Below are positions 62,437 through 64,000 of a stretch of 64,000 nt of DNA, piece by piece. The notes under the pieces were generated by a model. It worked only from the letters and a program-made list of their open reading frames with translations, did not search any database and was not told the DNA's origin. The stretch spans positions 161,310,357 through 161,374,356 of the forward strand of contig NC_068983.1 in the NCBI RefSeq assembly GCF_001194135.2. The letters are read 5' to 3'. The first letter of the stretch is position 1. Every line of letters begins with the position of its first letter. This DNA comes from Octopus bimaculoides. Its lineage: Eukaryota. The translations under genes were made by a program, and so were the position numbers.

Positions 62437-63570
62437 CTACAACAAAAGATTTTCAGTAAATAAATATCTTCAAGATTTTAAAAACAATATTCTTTTTCAG
62501 ATTCAAACAAAAAATTTCAAAGCACTAAAGAGGAGGAAGTTGGTGGATTCAATTTTCCATTTGGCTTTTCTCCATATTGTTAGCAGACAACATCAAAAAT
62601 ATATTATGAATAATATTAACAGAGTTACAAAGGTTTTCTTTGTGCCCCCTGAAGAAAATGTAGAAGTAGCTAGGGCTACCATGTGATTTCCTATATCAGG
62701 TGGGAAAGGGAATACGGAACTATATGCATTGTTTTTAAAAGTGAGAAAAGGATGAAAAGACAGGCCAAGACAAGCATTGTACACCTGCCCCATGAGGTAA
62801 TCTCACTATATATGGGACAAAGAAATACAAGGATCACCCAGAAAGACATTAGAGACAATATTGATCCTAATTTCATTACAACCTAAGTGGCACAATAGAG
62901 GCAGTGGTCAGCACTGATGTGATCTTTTATGATATGCAATTAGGTGGGGGTCTGTAAAACAAAAAAATCATGATGACACCTCCCACCAAGTCCACAAAAG
63001 ATTCTGGAGCTGTACTTTGAAGTAGAAGCAGAGACAAAGACATCGAGGTTGGTTGCGCAGGACATAAAAACTAGCAGTTTTACGTGTGGTAATAAAAGTC
63101 ATTTAAGAGCTTTCTGTTCAGAAGAGTTGGTGAAGACAGAAGGGAAAGAACAGAACACATAACAGTAACAACAGCATGCCATTGTGAGGTGGTGCTTTCA
63201 TGGTACCACCAGTTGCAGCTATGGAAACAACTGAGACTGCTTAATCCTTGGTTCCAGAGTTGAGCAGAAAGCAAAGGGACTTTCTACTCCTGGTCATAAC
63301 CAACAGTACAATACAGCTATTTTACAGCTCAGCTGATATGATTCTTGAGTAATATACAGTGATGTCCTTACAATAACAGATGATGACAAACAAACTAACC
63401 CTTTAGCTGATACATCAATGCTACATTGAATTCCTATGCTGGAATATGCTAATTATAAATAATTTTATAATTAGCATATTATGCAAATGCTTAATAAAGA
63501 GGAATTACACTGAACCTTTTAGTGACAGTATTTTCACTACCCATGCATTTCTGTTAATTAATAGAATTAT

Positions 63571-63741
63571 CACACTCTCTGAGTGGTTGGCGTTAGGAAG
63601 GGCATCCAGCTGTAGAAACTCTGCCAAATTAGATTGGAGCCTGGTGTTGCCATCCGGTTTCACCAGTCCTCAGTCAAATCGTCCAACCCATGCTAGCATG
63701 GAAAGCGGACGTTAAACGATGATGATGATGATGATGATGAT
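63571..63741 (+). mobile_element. Family-D SINE 3' tail
   Basis: Near-consensus tail. Further partial or diverged copies: +16516-16578, -16735-16910, +32645-32783, -32965-33130, +33820-33935, -37180-37335, +41054-41187, -42725-43120, -47565-47815, -56955-57065, +59212-59266, -60205-60330. Confidence 0.88.
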
Positions 63742-64000
63742 CACATATTTATTGCACATATTCTAATGTTCAAATGATATTTGGTATATCAAATGGTTAC
63801 TCCATAAAATTATGATGGAAGCAACACTTTAAATATGAACACTTAACTGTTTAACATTTAAATCAGTGATATCTGGCCCAAATATTCCACCTGTCTTATG
63901 TTCAAACTAAATATATACTGAACCTTGCACACCTACCCTGCAATGTTATTCAAAAATTAAGAATCAAATCATCGAAATCTTGAAGCTACGAGATAAGCCA

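Overview
AT-rich, microsatellite-dense animal genomic DNA with ten N gaps. The repeat families look like those of an octopod cephalopod (Octopus sp.); this is inferred from repeat content only. The window holds the 3' parts of two convergent intron-rich genes. On the + strand, eight coding exons (2896-18278, 301 aa, all GT-AG, phases consistent) encode a chordin-like BMP modulator: the end of one VWC domain, a linker, a complete VWC domain and a CHRDL1/2-type C-terminal domain. On the - strand, ten coding exons (62436-32307) encode the C-terminal ~400 aa of COG3. The rest is tRNA-derived and RTE-tailed SINEs, MITEs, mariner/pogo remnants and CR1, RTE, R4/Dong-like and Penelope-like retroelement fragments. 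The most unusual signal is a dispersed short element family (27190, 36255, 41225) carrying minimal type-I hammerhead-ribozyme motifs with compensatory stem changes. Two of the three loci are head-to-head palindromes inside COG3 introns, one with a 164/166-bp stem. Also notable are candidate micro or alternative exons in the 15-kb COG3 intron, a decayed copy of the COG3 last exon just after the final donor, and an RTE LINE with twin-priming-like inversion geometry. No prokaryotic features, CRISPR arrays, rRNA or genuine tRNA genes were found.
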